A stretch of DNA of 57,024 nucleotides, counting the filler, from Sphacelaria rigidula (lineage: Eukaryota): NCBI GenBank assembly GCA_964200075.2. It is 7 parts of 7 records of this genome, joined end to end, with 100 filler letters (N's around TTAATTAATTAA, not from the genome) between each part and the next. Parts side by side here need not be neighbours in the genome. Positions count along the whole stretch, not along the records: positions 8,162 to 16,222 come from CAXNAA020012451.1; positions 16,323 to 24,383 come from CAXNAA020012452.1; positions 24,484 to 32,544 come from CAXNAA020012453.1; 4 more parts are not named here. One strand, written 5' to 3'. The first letter of the stretch is position 1. Each line of letters begins with the position of its first letter. Made by a program: the position numbers and the translations under genes. Positions 13,539 to 25,139 of the stretch are shown here, piece by piece. The notes beneath the pieces are model-generated. The model saw only the letters and a list, made by a program, of their open reading frames with translations, had not been told where the DNA came from and ran no database searches.

Positions 13539-13680
13539 GGTGTCCGCATCAGATGCCCAGTGAAGAGTTCTGCGCAGACATCAGGACAATTTTTATTGTG
13601 AAGACAAAGACAACAACAAGATTGTCTCGCTTCTTCCAGCCGATACTGTATGGATGAATTCCGCTGTTTATTTGCCGATG
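13539..13680 (+). repeat. Dispersed repeat; second copy at ~37073-37210 on another contig
   Basis: GGTGTCCGCATCAGATGCCCAGT..CTGCGC..GAAGACAA..ACAACA at 13539 vs GGTGTTCGCATCAGATGCCCAGT..CTGCGC..GAAGACAATAACAACA at ~37074. Confidence 0.75.
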
Positions 13681-13839
13681 TTCTATTTACCAGTTCGTCC
13701 CTCGACCTATTTTCTACACGACTAGCACTTCTCGTTAGGCCGTACTTTGGACCCCTCCCCTTCCCGTCGACGAGTCCGTGGGCTTAAAGGATGGACCCAT
13801 CGCACGCTTTCGACGGTGGAAATCAGATACTTCGAAGAT

Positions 13840-13930
13840 AAATCCCAACGGATCGGAATCGAGCCCACGTTCTCTCCAGCGTAATGGTAACAGTATGACC
13901 ATTTTAATTTACACCACCGGGGCGCCGCGG
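13840..13930 (-). mobile_element. Degenerate tRNA-derived SINE-like copy
   Basis: Shares GGAATCGA (reverse B box) and CACCGGGGCG with the copy at 24484-24582. Confidence 0.45.
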
Positions 13931-14363
13931 CTCAGTTAAGAAAAGCCAATATCGAGTGACATAAGGCATCTCGGGCGCTGAGGAGGGTGCTGCGCACAAT
14001 GACTCGATTCATTATCACCCCGAGATTCGCTCGCTATCAAGTCCTTCTCACATGGTTGCATCGCCCTGAGCCACAAAGTACCCACAACGACTTGATCGGC
14101 GTGTCAAGTTAACAGCACGTGGAATGAATGCTACCTACTACTATATGACATCTTCTCCGCGGACATCTGAAAAACCTCGTACTTGCAGCAGGGATGCATG
14201 TCAGGCTTCGAAACGGGCCTGATATGATACATACGTCAATATGTATGCCGCCGTGACCCGGTGATCTAATGGCACTACGGAAAACAGCTAGGTCGAAAAG
14301 ATTCAGCTTCGACTCCCGGAAGATTAAGTTGGGGTTTTCTCAAAACGTATTTGATTTCCGCCG

Positions 14364-14400
14364 CTGTAGCTGTAGCTGTAGCTGTAGCTGTAGCTGTAAT
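14364..14400. repeat. (CTGTAG)n microsatellite, about 6 copies
   Basis: Read directly from the sequence. Confidence 0.9.
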
Positions 14401-15173
14401 AGTAAACGTAAGAACGCAAGTAGTAAAAAGAGCTTACTTGAAGAGAGTGTTTGTCATGATCCATCCACGATACCAAATGGCGAGGAATGTACCCGGGGAC
14501 AGATGAATGAATCTCTCGAGATATGCAAACTCGCGTAGAGGGATGAGAGGGGCTGAGATTTTGTGATAGAAAAACAAAGAATACGACACCATCACCGGAT
14601 TGATCGAAATATCAGAGCCCATGCATCAGCATCTGATTTTAGCAATATATTTCGCCATATTATCCAGTATAAGAGATATCCGCATGGTAATCAACAGGAT
14701 ATAGCACAACCAACGCGGGAATGCGCGGTTGCTGGCCTATGAGGGATACGCGGGCTCTAAAATCGTCCAGCTAGGCTATAGGTAAATGCATGTTAGAATC
14801 TCGTTCAATATTTCCATATTAATAACATCACAGACTCTTCCCGGGGAAAAGGGGGGCTGAAACACGATTGAAAAACAACACTCAACAAGTGTATGTGCTG
14901 CACTGATTGGCTACTTTTCTATTTTAGGCAAATACTGGGACCGCCTCATCACAGAACCCGGGAAATTGCAAGCAGTTTATTCAGTTATTGCGGTCCTACG
15001 CAGCCGCCCAATCACAGTAACGTACATTATTTCAATTTCGAATTCGGATTAAGTTTAATCAGCACCTAAATTGAAAGTATGATTTTTTTTTTGTTGTTGC
15101 GATTGTTGCGAATGGACCTAGCACCTGCAGCAAACATGCTTTTGAGGTGCATGGGATCTGGGCGTGTTTCAAT

Positions 15174-15608
15174 TTACGCCCACCAGCTGACAAACCACAG
15201 CCAGCCGATCGAAAGGTTCAAGCGCCGGCCAAAATATTCGGGCCGACCTGCAAACCGTGCTTGATACTCCTGGCGATAGCTCTCCTTTGACCACGTTTGT
15301 CCTGTTTTGCTCTTTCGTCCGTAGGTCAAGAGATAGATTGAGTTGAGATAAAAGCTGATGTTTTCGCCAAACCGCAAAGCTTTGCAGACAGAACGGTGCA
15401 CTAATTTCCGCCCCGTTGGAACGATGTGCCCTTCCCAGCGCCCCGCCACCAGGCCTTCGGTGCAAGGACAGTTGTCAGTAGTATGGTCGAGGAAGCAGCA
15501 AGCGCGGCAGGCGGGGGTAGCAGTTCGTTGAGAGCGACTCACGCTACCCAAGCTTGGGTTTGAAGCCCCCCCCCACTGCCCTTTCTGAGGGTTGGCGTTG
15601 GGTGGCAA
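15174..15608 (-). mobile_element. ORF remnant with a Gag/ORF1-type CCHC zinc knuckle
   Basis: CRACCFLDHTTDNC = Cx2Cx4Hx4C at 15509-15468. No pol domains recognised nearby. Confidence 0.45.
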
Positions 15609-18600
15609 CGACGCTGCAAAAACACCTCACTAGTTGCGTAAGCTAAGCAACCAGGTCACACCTTTTCCCCCTTGGTTTGCGTGTATTTGCGGTAACCATG
15701 ATGATAGTCGCCGACCTGTATTGTTTGGCGTGGATAACCTCAACCCCGCGCAAAGGTAGCGATCTTACTGCGTAGCGTTTTAACGGTGAGACACTTATGA
15801 GGCAGTGTAACCCGTGGCTATCTCTGAAAGTGACGCTACCAGAAAAGGAAGCAACTCATCCAAGATTGTCATCCCTACGCAAGACGACTAGTACTCTTTG
15901 GACTGAATAATCTTAGTAGGATGTAAATCACTCGTCATGCGACACGCCGAACACATCCCAGCACTTCACACTGGTGGATTGCGAGCCTGGTCCGGCGAAA
16001 TAAACCCGGCGTGCTCTGTCCCGACTTTGTAGAAATGCGAGATCAACGGTCTCGTGGCTACGACACGTAAGGTGTACCCCCCCCCTCCCTGATCCAGCAT
16101 TAGCCTGGTCCGGCGAGAACCCGGCGTGCTCCGTTCCCGCTTTGTAGGGGCGGACCCCCGATGGGGTTGGCGTCGGTTGGCGATGACGCTATAAAACACG
16201 CCACTCACTATGTAAGCTAGGCNNNNNNNNNNNNNNNNNNNNNNNNNNNNNNNNNNNNNNNNNNNNTTAATTAATTAANNNNNNNNNNNNNNNNNNNNNN
16301 NNNNNNNNNNNNNNNNNNNNNNAGTGCCCCCTCCCTTTTTTGTTCGCCCCCCCCCTTTTTTACCCCCCTCCTGCCTTGTTTACCCACTGAAGGGTGTAAT
16401 GGTAGGTAAATGATCCGTGATGGTGATGTTGAGTCGGAACCATTTCTAGGTCTGCAAACTGAGACAAATTCTTGCTGTATGTAGTAATATTGTTTTGCTA
16501 GGCGTAAAAGAGTCAAATTGGGCTCACCACGTCCTTACCTGGACGGCTGTCCTAATCTCGTGCTATAATTGAAAAGCGTGGATATATCAATGTGCATTTT
16601 GCTCTGTTTAATGAACTTCATTTCACCTGCATCAAGTGCCCGGCTTGTTTTTGCCGATGCAGCACTTCGCACGTGCTCGCGGTGGAGTAGGGTGTAAAGT
16701 AGGGTATTTTGATATCTCGATACCCTGAATACTTTAGACCCCGGAGTATTTTCGACGGTCGATGCTCTGCGTCCCCTGGATCGTCGATTATCTTCGGCAG
16801 TCAATACAGTAGCCTGTTACCGGGTACTGCACTACTCCGAGTATCGCGCCCAGGGATGACGGGTATCCCAGGATATGTACCATACTCGGACCACCTTTGT
16901 TGCTATTGGACAGGGTGCGTATAGCCTGAACCTGTGTGTTTACCCTCTATCTTCGCCTAAATTATCTTGTTGGCTGCACTCTATGACTGGCCCTCGTATC
17001 TGATGTTACAATTGAATAACATAAATACGTATGCCCAGGCCAAGTCGAAAAGAGGTCGGAACCCAGGGGCGCGGGCAGGAGGGTGCGTGGTGGTGGATCT
17101 GGTCAAGCGATCCCTTGCTATGGGAAAGGCTCCAAAAGCAAGGGCTAGGACCTGCAGGCACGGGCGGTAAGTCTCGAAGCGAAATGTGTGGATGGATTGG
17201 TCGGTCGGTTGGCTTGGTTGATCGAGTGATTGGCTTCAGGTAATTAGTCCTGCCGACTGTGGTGGTAACCTTGTTGCCAACAAACCTTGAGTTCGCTCTC
17301 GCCGTTTGATCGATTGATTATTGCGTCGGTCGTAGCGGATCCAACCCAAATCTAGCTGTAGTCGAAATATGATGCACGTACGTGCTCGAGGCGAAGGAGC
17401 CCAAATACTCCGCTGAAGGAACGTTGAGTGCGGTATTGCTCGCGCGGTATTGTGTAACGGAATTATACGCTGCACTGCCGTGTGACATACGAAAATACCC
17501 TGTGCTGTGCAGTATCATGCCATAGTACCTTGCGCTCCGATACGATGCTCTCCTTCAAGCCCATAATATGGGAGTCTACACACAGCATACCTTTGTAACG
17601 CGTTATACCGCACGATTCACGCTGAACCAACATCAAAATGGCCCCATTCTCGTACACCCTTATGCACGGCAAAACGCTTCTCAAGGGGCCGCTGGCAAGA
17701 CTACACCAGCAAGTAACAAAACAACTCAACATGAAAATGACCGACCACTTGAACTATAACCACGCAATGCTGTACGAGTCGAACGTCAACTCTTTGCGTT
17801 GGGTTTTGATTTGTTTCGTCTATCCTAGTTTCGACCACCTGCCCCAGATTGCTGTTGGTGAGTCCATACCATGGGTTGGAGGGATTGTCAAGGGCTCAAC
17901 CACCCCATCTCTGCCTGGGTACCTGCTGGAAGCATTGATGTAGAGCACTCAACCAGCGCTCTCGCGGCCTTTCCCAACCCCAATACAACAGTACCAACAA
18001 GGCGCGGGATGAAAACAATGAGCGCTCTCCAAGCAAGGCCTTCGTCCATACCAACTAAACCCCAGCCCCTCACCCTGCCCTGTTGAGGGAGAGTTGGGTA
18101 GATGGATCGATCCTTGAGATGACGAACTAATACCGAAGAAAGCACCAGAGGGAATAATCACTTGAGTACCCACGGTGGACGCGTGGTTATGACAGTCGCG
18201 CTTTAAGGAATAGTCATGCTGATTCGATAGATGGACACATGGTCTCGATCAAGGGGTCAAGATTGCAGTATGACCAAGAGAAAATGAGTGAACATCCAGT
18301 AACTGAACACCCCTTCCGACTCCCTGATCCTCCTCCCGCGCCATCCTATCGTGTCGTTGGCTGGTGCTCAGCTCGGTTTGGAGGTCGCCGGTAAGATTCG
18401 CTGTCTCCCACGGTGTGCAGTACGATGCTGGCCGTCACTGTGGACGTCGGCGTTTCACGAGATGCCGCATGTATCGTCTAGGTTGACAGGTTGTGATGGC
18501 GATGGCGGTGGCGATCTTAGTGTATGGTGGTGGACGTCCTGCGATATATAAGATCGCCTGTGATGTGATGGTGCAAACGCAACATGGAAGCAAGAACTGT

Positions 18601-19689
18601 TGAAAACGATGTCCTTATCATTACATGCAATAGGATGCATCTCGTGTTCTTGAGCTTGTAGCTCCGAATCGGGGACAATATTGGCCCGTTTGGTCGTGTG
18701 ATGATTCATGGCGGACGTCGGATGGGTTCGATGTGATCGCAGCCCATGAACTGTCAAGAGCGGTGCTTGACCCTTGCACACACACCTTGTATGAGCGTAA
18801 ACGCAGTGAATGGGTAGAACACGAGGCGTATCACGTGGAGAGTGTAGCATTGTGTGAGCTACAGCAGCTCTTCCATGGTCCACTTACGGAGAAAAGGCTA
18901 TCGTACAATAGCTGAGATTTGGATCCTTCTGCACCAAGGTACTTTGCTTGTAGGGGCAATCGAGCTCGGGAATTACTGTCGCTATGGTTGACTATGGTAC
19001 ATGTCGTGGCGGGCGGAAGTAGTTGCGTAGGGGCAGCGGGGGGAAAGGGCTTGCTCGTGTAGAGGGGGCCGAAGGTGGAACCTAGCTTCGCCCGGGGTGA
19101 TATACCACGTATATCGTCTATGATACGCCTCATAACAGGCGTATTTGTCGCTTGATGGTGAGAAGCGCGAGGGTGGGGATTTGCTTGTGGAGAAAGCCGA
19201 CCTCGTGATGTTTTGTCGCTCTGGGTGTGACTCCGCATATTCCTCCTTATATGCGTCATGGCCGGCGGAATTTTGCGTATGGGGGAAGTTGGGGGCCTTG
19301 GGGGGCAGGGTGGCTCATGCGAAGTCGAGTTTGGGGTTTAATGCCGTCCTGGTGGCATACGCGTGGGAGTGGACGCTAGTGGAGAAGGAGGGTATGCTGA
19401 GAAAATGCGGTGGGATAGTTGCTGTCGCCCTGGGTGATGTACACCGCATTTCGCATACCGTATGCCCCGTAGTACGCGGGAATTACAGCGGAAGGGGGTC
19501 CGGGGACCTGGGACGGGAGGGGTGGGTTGTTGGGGAAGTCAAACTTGGGATTTGTCGGCGGCCTGGCTGCATACGCGAGGGAGCGAGAACAGGAAGAGAG
19601 TTCGATGGTGGAGAGGGAGTCGAGGGTGGGGTTTGTTGTCACCTAGGCGGTTCATGCAGTGGCAGGGGGATGGGGGGGAATAGAGCATG

Positions 19690-22550
19690 CTTGTGAGGTA
19701 GGTGGAGGTCGGCATTTCTCCTCGTCCTGCGAGGTATACTCCGTGCTATCACCTATGGTATAGCACGCACCAGACCGAATCTACGCAGGACGAGGGGCGG
19801 CGGGCAAGGGGTGAGGGCTTCCTTGCGTACGACTTCGAAGTTAGAACTTGCTGTTCGCCCTGCGTGGTGCACACGTGAGAGGGTAGGCGAGGAAGGGAGA
19901 GAGCTAGCTCTTGGAAGAAATGGGGCTTGAGATTTTCCTGCGCCCTAGGTGTGGTATTCCGTATGTCACCTATAGTATGCCGCGAGGCGGGCGGAGTTGG
20001 CATGCGGAGACAGGGGGGGGTGAGGGGCGGGGCTCGCGTGTCCCAGAAGTCAAGGTTGGGACTCGTTGTCGCCTTGGGTGGTGTAGGCACGAGACGGCAG
20101 ATACAGATGGGAGAGGACCGCCTCGTGAAGGGAGTCGAGGTCGGGCTTTGTTGAAGCCCTGAGTGAACTACCCCGGATATGATGTGTGGTATGCCGTGTG
20201 ACGGGTGGAGTTGCTATATGGGGAGTGAAGGAGGGGGGGGGAGCAGAGCCCGCTCGTCAGGGACGCAGGAGTTAAAATCCGTTGTCGCCCTGCGTGGTGT
20301 ATACGAGAGAGGCAGGCGGGGGTGGGACAGGGCCGTGTCATGGAAGTAGCGAAGCTTGGGATTGGTGTGGCCCCCCAACCAAACCAAACCAGCCCAACAC
20401 TGTCACGACGGAAATGGTCATACCGCGCCCAATTCTTGGTGTCAGGGTGCATGAAGCGCCTCATATGGGCGGCATAGGCAAAAACGAATCCAGGCGTTGG
20501 ATTTCTCAGCTGCTCGTTGTGCTCGACTTTTTTCATTTCGATTCAGGTGTATATTTTGCCTCCCCAAACCAGTCACTTTTTTCCGGGGGGTCATCGTAGA
20601 AAGTGTGGCAAGTAGAGTTTGAGATTCATCGTCGCCCCAGTGTTGGATGCATGAGAGGGCAGGCGGGGATGGCAGAGGGTTGGCTCGTGGCGAAATGAGG
20701 TTGCGATTGCTTGACGAACTGAGCTAAGTACTCCGTATATAGCGTATGATGTGCCGCGTGGCGGACGGAATCGACGTGGGTGGGATGGGAAGGAGGGCGA
20801 ACAGGGCTTGGCTGCTGAGGAGGTAGAGGTTGGGCTCCGTTGCCGCCCCGGTGGTGTACGCGTGAGAGGGCAGGATGGGGAGGAAGAAGGTTGAGTGGTG
20901 GAAATGTACACGTTGGGATTCATTGACGCCTTGATTGAGACACGCCATACTTGGGGTATGGTATGCCGCGTGACGGGCGGCGTTGACGTGTGTGGGATGG
21001 GAAGAGAGGGGGGACAGGACTTGCTTGCGGAGGAGGTAGAGGTTGAGATCCATCGTCGCCCCGGTGGTGTGCGTGTGAGAGGGCAGGATGGGCTGGAGGA
21101 GGGCTGGTTCGTGGAGAAGTCCAGGTGGGGATGTATTGACGCCTTGATTGAGACACGCCGTACTTGGGGTATGGTATGCCGCGTGACGGGCGGCGTTGAC
21201 GTGTGTGGGATGGGAAGAGAGGGGGGACAGGACTTGCTTGCGGAGGAGGTAGAGGTTGAGATCCATTGTCGCCCCGGTGGTGTGCGTGTGAGAGGGCAGG
21301 ATGGGCTGGAGGAGGGCTGGTTCGTGGAGAAGTCCAGGTGGGGATGTATTGACGCCTTGATTGAGACACGCCGTACTTGGGGTATGGTATGCCGCGTGAC
21401 GGGCGGCGTTGACGTTGTGATGAGAGGCGGGAGCAGGGCTTACTTGCTGAGGAGGTACAGTCTGGGTGGGAAGGAAGGGGTCTGGTTCGTAGAGAAGTTC
21501 AGGTGGGGATGTATTGACGCCCTGAGTGACATACTCCATATATGAGGCATGGGATGCCGCGTGGCGGGCGGCGTTGACGTGTGTGGGACGGGGCTTGCTT
21601 GCTGATGAGGTAAAGTTTGAATGGGAAGGAAGATGGCTGGTTCGTAGAGAAGGTAGAGGTTCTAGTTTTCGTGGCGCCTCGGGTGAGGAACTCCGTATGT
21701 GGCCTATGGTGCCACGCGGCGGGTGGCGTTGACGAGTGGGGGTGGGAAGAGGAGGGGACAGGGCTGGCTCGATGGGGGAGTCGAAGTTGGGATCCGCTGT
21801 CGCCCTGGTGGTCGCTTGGGAGGGAAGGCGGGGATTGAAGAAGGCTGACTTGCGGAGAAGTAGAGCTTGGGATGTATCAGCACCGTGAGTGAAGTACTTC
21901 GTATAGGACCTAGGATATGCCGCGTGGCGGGCGGCGTTGATGAGTGTGAGATGGGAAGGGGGGCACAGGGCTTGATTGCTGAGGAGGTAGAGGTTGGGGT
22001 CCGCTGTCGCCCCGGTGGTGTACGCATGAGGAGACCAGATGGGGAAGAAGGGGGCTAGGTCGTGGAGAAAGTGTAGGTTCTGATTCGTGTGGCGCCCCGA
22101 GTGAGGAACTCCGTATGTGGCCTATGGTATGCTGCGTGGCAGGCGGTATTGACGTAGGGGGGTGGGGCAGGGGGGGGGCAGGGCTTGCTTGATGGGGAAA
22201 CCGACGTTAGGATCCGTTCTCGCCTTGGTGGTGCACGCGTGAGTGGACAGGTGGGGATGGAAGAGGGCTGGTTCGTAGAGAAGGCCGAGGTGAGAATTTG
22301 ATGCCGTGCAAAGGGTACTCCGTATAATGACGAATGGTGTGCCGTGTGGCGGGCGGAAGTGACATATGGAGGGGGGCACAGGGCTTGATCGTGGGGGGGT
22401 AGAGATTGGGATTCGTTGTCGCCGTGGTAGTGTCCGCTTCACAGGGCAGGCGGGGATGGCAAAAGGCTGGGTCGTGGAGGAGGAGAGGTTGGGATTTATC
22501 GCCGCCCTGAGTGAGGTACCTCGTCCATGGCCTAAGGTATGCCGCGTGCA
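19690..22550. repeat. G-rich tandem array (satellite/minisatellite), ~200-215-bp unit, roughly 12-13 copies of graded divergence
   Basis: ATTGACGCCTTGATTGAGACACGCC at 20922, 21135 and 21348 (213-bp period, near identical). Degenerate copies with GTATGCCGCGTG..GGCGG..TTGACG and GTCGCCCC motifs flank both sides. Confidence 0.9.
20369..20604 (-). mobile_element. MITE-like copy inserted in the tandem array; same family as 23737-23983, opposite orientation
   Basis: Its reverse complement aligns with 23737-23960 (e.g. CGAGCACAACGAGCAGCTG). It ends in GGGGGGTCATCGTAGAAAGT. Confidence 0.7.
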
Positions 22551-23467
22551 GGACTGTGTTGTTTTGAGAAAGCAATGGTTTTGACAGGCCCGCGAGAACG
22601 CCAGGAAAACGATTAAAAAAAACGATCGACCAAAAAGTTGAAACTACCAAAGTTATTGCGCCGCATGTCCGAATCCTGCTATATTTCGGCTCAGACTGGC
22701 ATCGAATATTGCCCAACATTGTCATCAAGTACGTAGTTCCCCACAACCGACTACTCGTAGTTACCCGACCTATTTCATTGACACAACTGGTGGGCCTGTC
22801 TTGTTGATTGATTGATTGATTGAATTAATTGATGTTTTCATTGATGCACTCTAGCTGATTACAAATTGGTGTCACTACATTTTTCTTTGATGTGAAGAGG
22901 TGATTTCTCGACGGACACTTGTGGGAATTTTCCCCCTTTCATGTGGTGGTTCGCACATCACGTCCCCTCAATGAGCGTCTTCTCCCGTTTTTTTTACGAG
23001 AAGAGGATTGCAGGAGCATCCTTTTCCGCCGGCTAGCAGTGAGGATACATTTGTTTTCACGTACCTCCCACGTGTGTTGTTCCCCCGGCTAGTGGTGAGG
23101 GTACATTTTGTTTTCACGTGCCTCCTACGTGTGTTGGGTCCCCAACTCAACAATCTTCACGGAAGACTTTCCCGTGAGTCTTTGAGCTGTGCTTCCAAGT
23201 CATCCACCAGTCGTGGCCCCCCCCTCCATTTTCACGACTCTTTTGTCCCGACTTACGTTCAGAGCCGGGATTCGAACCCGGGATCTTCGGCGTACGAGCT
23301 ATCTCATGATATCGACAACGTGAAAGAGGTGATCCCTCAACGGAAACCCGTGTAAGTTACCCTCTTCTATGTGGTTTTCGATAAATGTTCTCATTACTAT
23401 GTCATTGATAATATCATTGTTATCATCATTACAGTATTATCATTATTATTGGCATCATTAAATCAGC

Positions 23468-23717
23468 GACTGCTGCCGAGATAGCCCCCCCCCCGAACCG
23501 GCCGAAAAAGTGCACGGAGGCGATGATCATGAATACCGTTAGAGATGGTTTCGTGATGCACGACGCGACTTATTTGGGCGTTATAGCTGATTTCGGACTG
23601 CTACACGCCTCTCATTTGGGCGGAATTGCTGCAAACAAGCCCAATAGAGGGATTGCAGCCCGTTTGTTGGACGGTCTCCGGTGCACTTTTTGTGGGGAGG
23701 CTATCTCGGCAGTAGTC
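23468..23717. mobile_element. MITE, 250 bp, 19-bp terminal inverted repeats, candidate 4-bp TSD CAGC
   Basis: GACTGCTGCCGAGATAGCC ... GGCTATCTCGGCAGTAGTC (1 mismatch), plus inner inverted AAAAAGTGCAC/GTGCACTTTTT. CAGC flanks both ends (23464-23467, 23718-23721). Confidence 0.8.
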
Positions 23718-23736
23718 CAGCATTATTGTTGAAATA

Positions 23737-23983
23737 ACTTTTTACGATAGCCCCCCTCAAAAAGTGCATGGTTTTTGGAGGCAGAATCTTCACGTATTCC
23801 GAACTGGGAAAAGCCGAGCACAACGAGCAGCTGGGAATTCCCACGCTTGGGTTCGTTCTAACCAATGTCGCCAATATGAGGCACTTCATGTACCCTGAAC
23901 CCAAACATCAGGCGCTGTATGGACATTTTTTTCGTGACGCTCTTGAGCTGGTTTTGGAGAGGGGCTACGCTATCGTAGAAAGT
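23737..23983. mobile_element. MITE, ~247 bp, 15-bp terminal inverted repeats
   Basis: ACTTTTTACGATAGC ... GCTATCGTAGAAAGT (1 mismatch). Shares GATAGCCCCCC and AAAAGTGCA with the adjacent MITE; second copy at 20369-20604. Confidence 0.7.
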
Positions 23984-24483
23984 GTCGAGAACGCTAGGGC
24001 GAAATATATTGATCATGATTAGCATATTTTTCCCTAGTTTTCTCCTTACTTTCATTTTTAGTCCGTATCCCCTTGTTTTGGTTATAGCTATTCTTCTTAT
24101 TCTTCTCCAGTTTTTTTCATTCTCGTCATCATCATTATTGTCCTTCACGCACATTAGCCCGATTTATCCACTGTAATTGTTGGGGACTTTCCAATGACAG
24201 TGGTGTAGTTTTCCGTGTTTCCATCCTTTGTAGGAACGGCCACGAGCGGCGAAGCCCAACGCGAGGAGGAATGTTGTATCCATCTTGCTCTCATATATGC
24301 CTCGAAGATATCATTTACTTTGAGTCATCCTACGATAGGGGGGGGGTATTTGGTTGCACGAAAAAAGAGGCTCATAAGTGTGTNNNNNNNNNNNNNNNNN
24401 NNNNNNNNNNNNNNNNNNNNNNNNNNNTTAATTAATTAANNNNNNNNNNNNNNNNNNNNNNNNNNNNNNNNNNNNNNNNNNNN

Positions 24484-24582
24484 GTGTAAGAAAAAATCCT
24501 AGATCGCTCCGGGAATCGAACTCCACAACTCAACCATCAGAAGGCTACGAGGTTACCAACTGAGCCACCGGGGCGACCGGCT
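24484..24582 (-). mobile_element. tRNA-derived SINE-like element (Pol III A/B boxes)
   Basis: Minus strand GCCCCGGTGGCTCAGTTGGTAACC...GAGTTCGATTCCCGG: A box TGGCTCAGTTGG, B box GTTCGATTCC. No clean anticodon arm. Related copies at ~50213 and ~13840. Confidence 0.7.
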
Positions 24583-25139
24583 AGTAGACTGTACAGAAAA
24601 AAAAACGAATACAATAGCAAACTAGAAATGGCGGACCTCTGCAACATGGCTTGAGATGGAAGAAGTCTTGCCTCGAGCCACACCGCACTCATACCAGATC
24701 CCCCCCAAAAACTCGTGGGAATGGATTACGGTTCAATTATTTCGGCCGCACTTTTTGGGGTATGAATTTTCACCCACGAGGCTGTTCCTCATGAAAGACA
24801 AAAATATGAACCTGGAAAAAGTACCTCTTTGGAGCCTCTACAGTACGTCGTTTTACGCCCTACACGAGAGCTAGGCGGACGAGAGCTAGGCGCATTTTGA
24901 CACCTTGGAATGCCTTGCTGTACTCATCGAGACGGTCCCACCACACCTCTACGTTTTCCCGGTTGCCGCAGCTATTGTTTTGCCCAAACTTGTATTTTTC
25001 TCAGAGACAGGTCGAGTCCAGAAAAAAATACGCATTCCAAGATGTCAAAATCCGCCTAACTCTCTTTCAGGGCGCAAAACAAACGACGTAGAAGCTCCAA
25101 AAAGGCACTTTTCCGGATTTGTATCTTCATCTGCCATAA

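Noticed and set aside
18455..19259. Ulp1-protease-like fragments (LLYDSL, QPVNLDDTCG) on the minus strand
   Set aside because: Motif spacing and order do not fit, no catalytic HW was seen, and the pieces lie in different frames.
20724..21545. Long ORFs (271, 216, 149 aa) with perfect 71-aa repeats
   Set aside because: By-product of the 213-bp tandem unit being open in several frames on both strands. There is no splice or domain support, and flanking units are frameshifted.
20168..24022. Apparently homologous peptides (KVEHNEQLRNPTPGF / KAEHNEQLGIPTLGF) on opposite strands
   Set aside because: Similarity is seen in more than one frame and is explained by two copies of a non-coding MITE.
24505..24580. 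Functional tRNA gene
   Set aside because: A/B boxes are present but I could not fold a canonical anticodon arm. Multiple diverged copies point to a SINE-like element.
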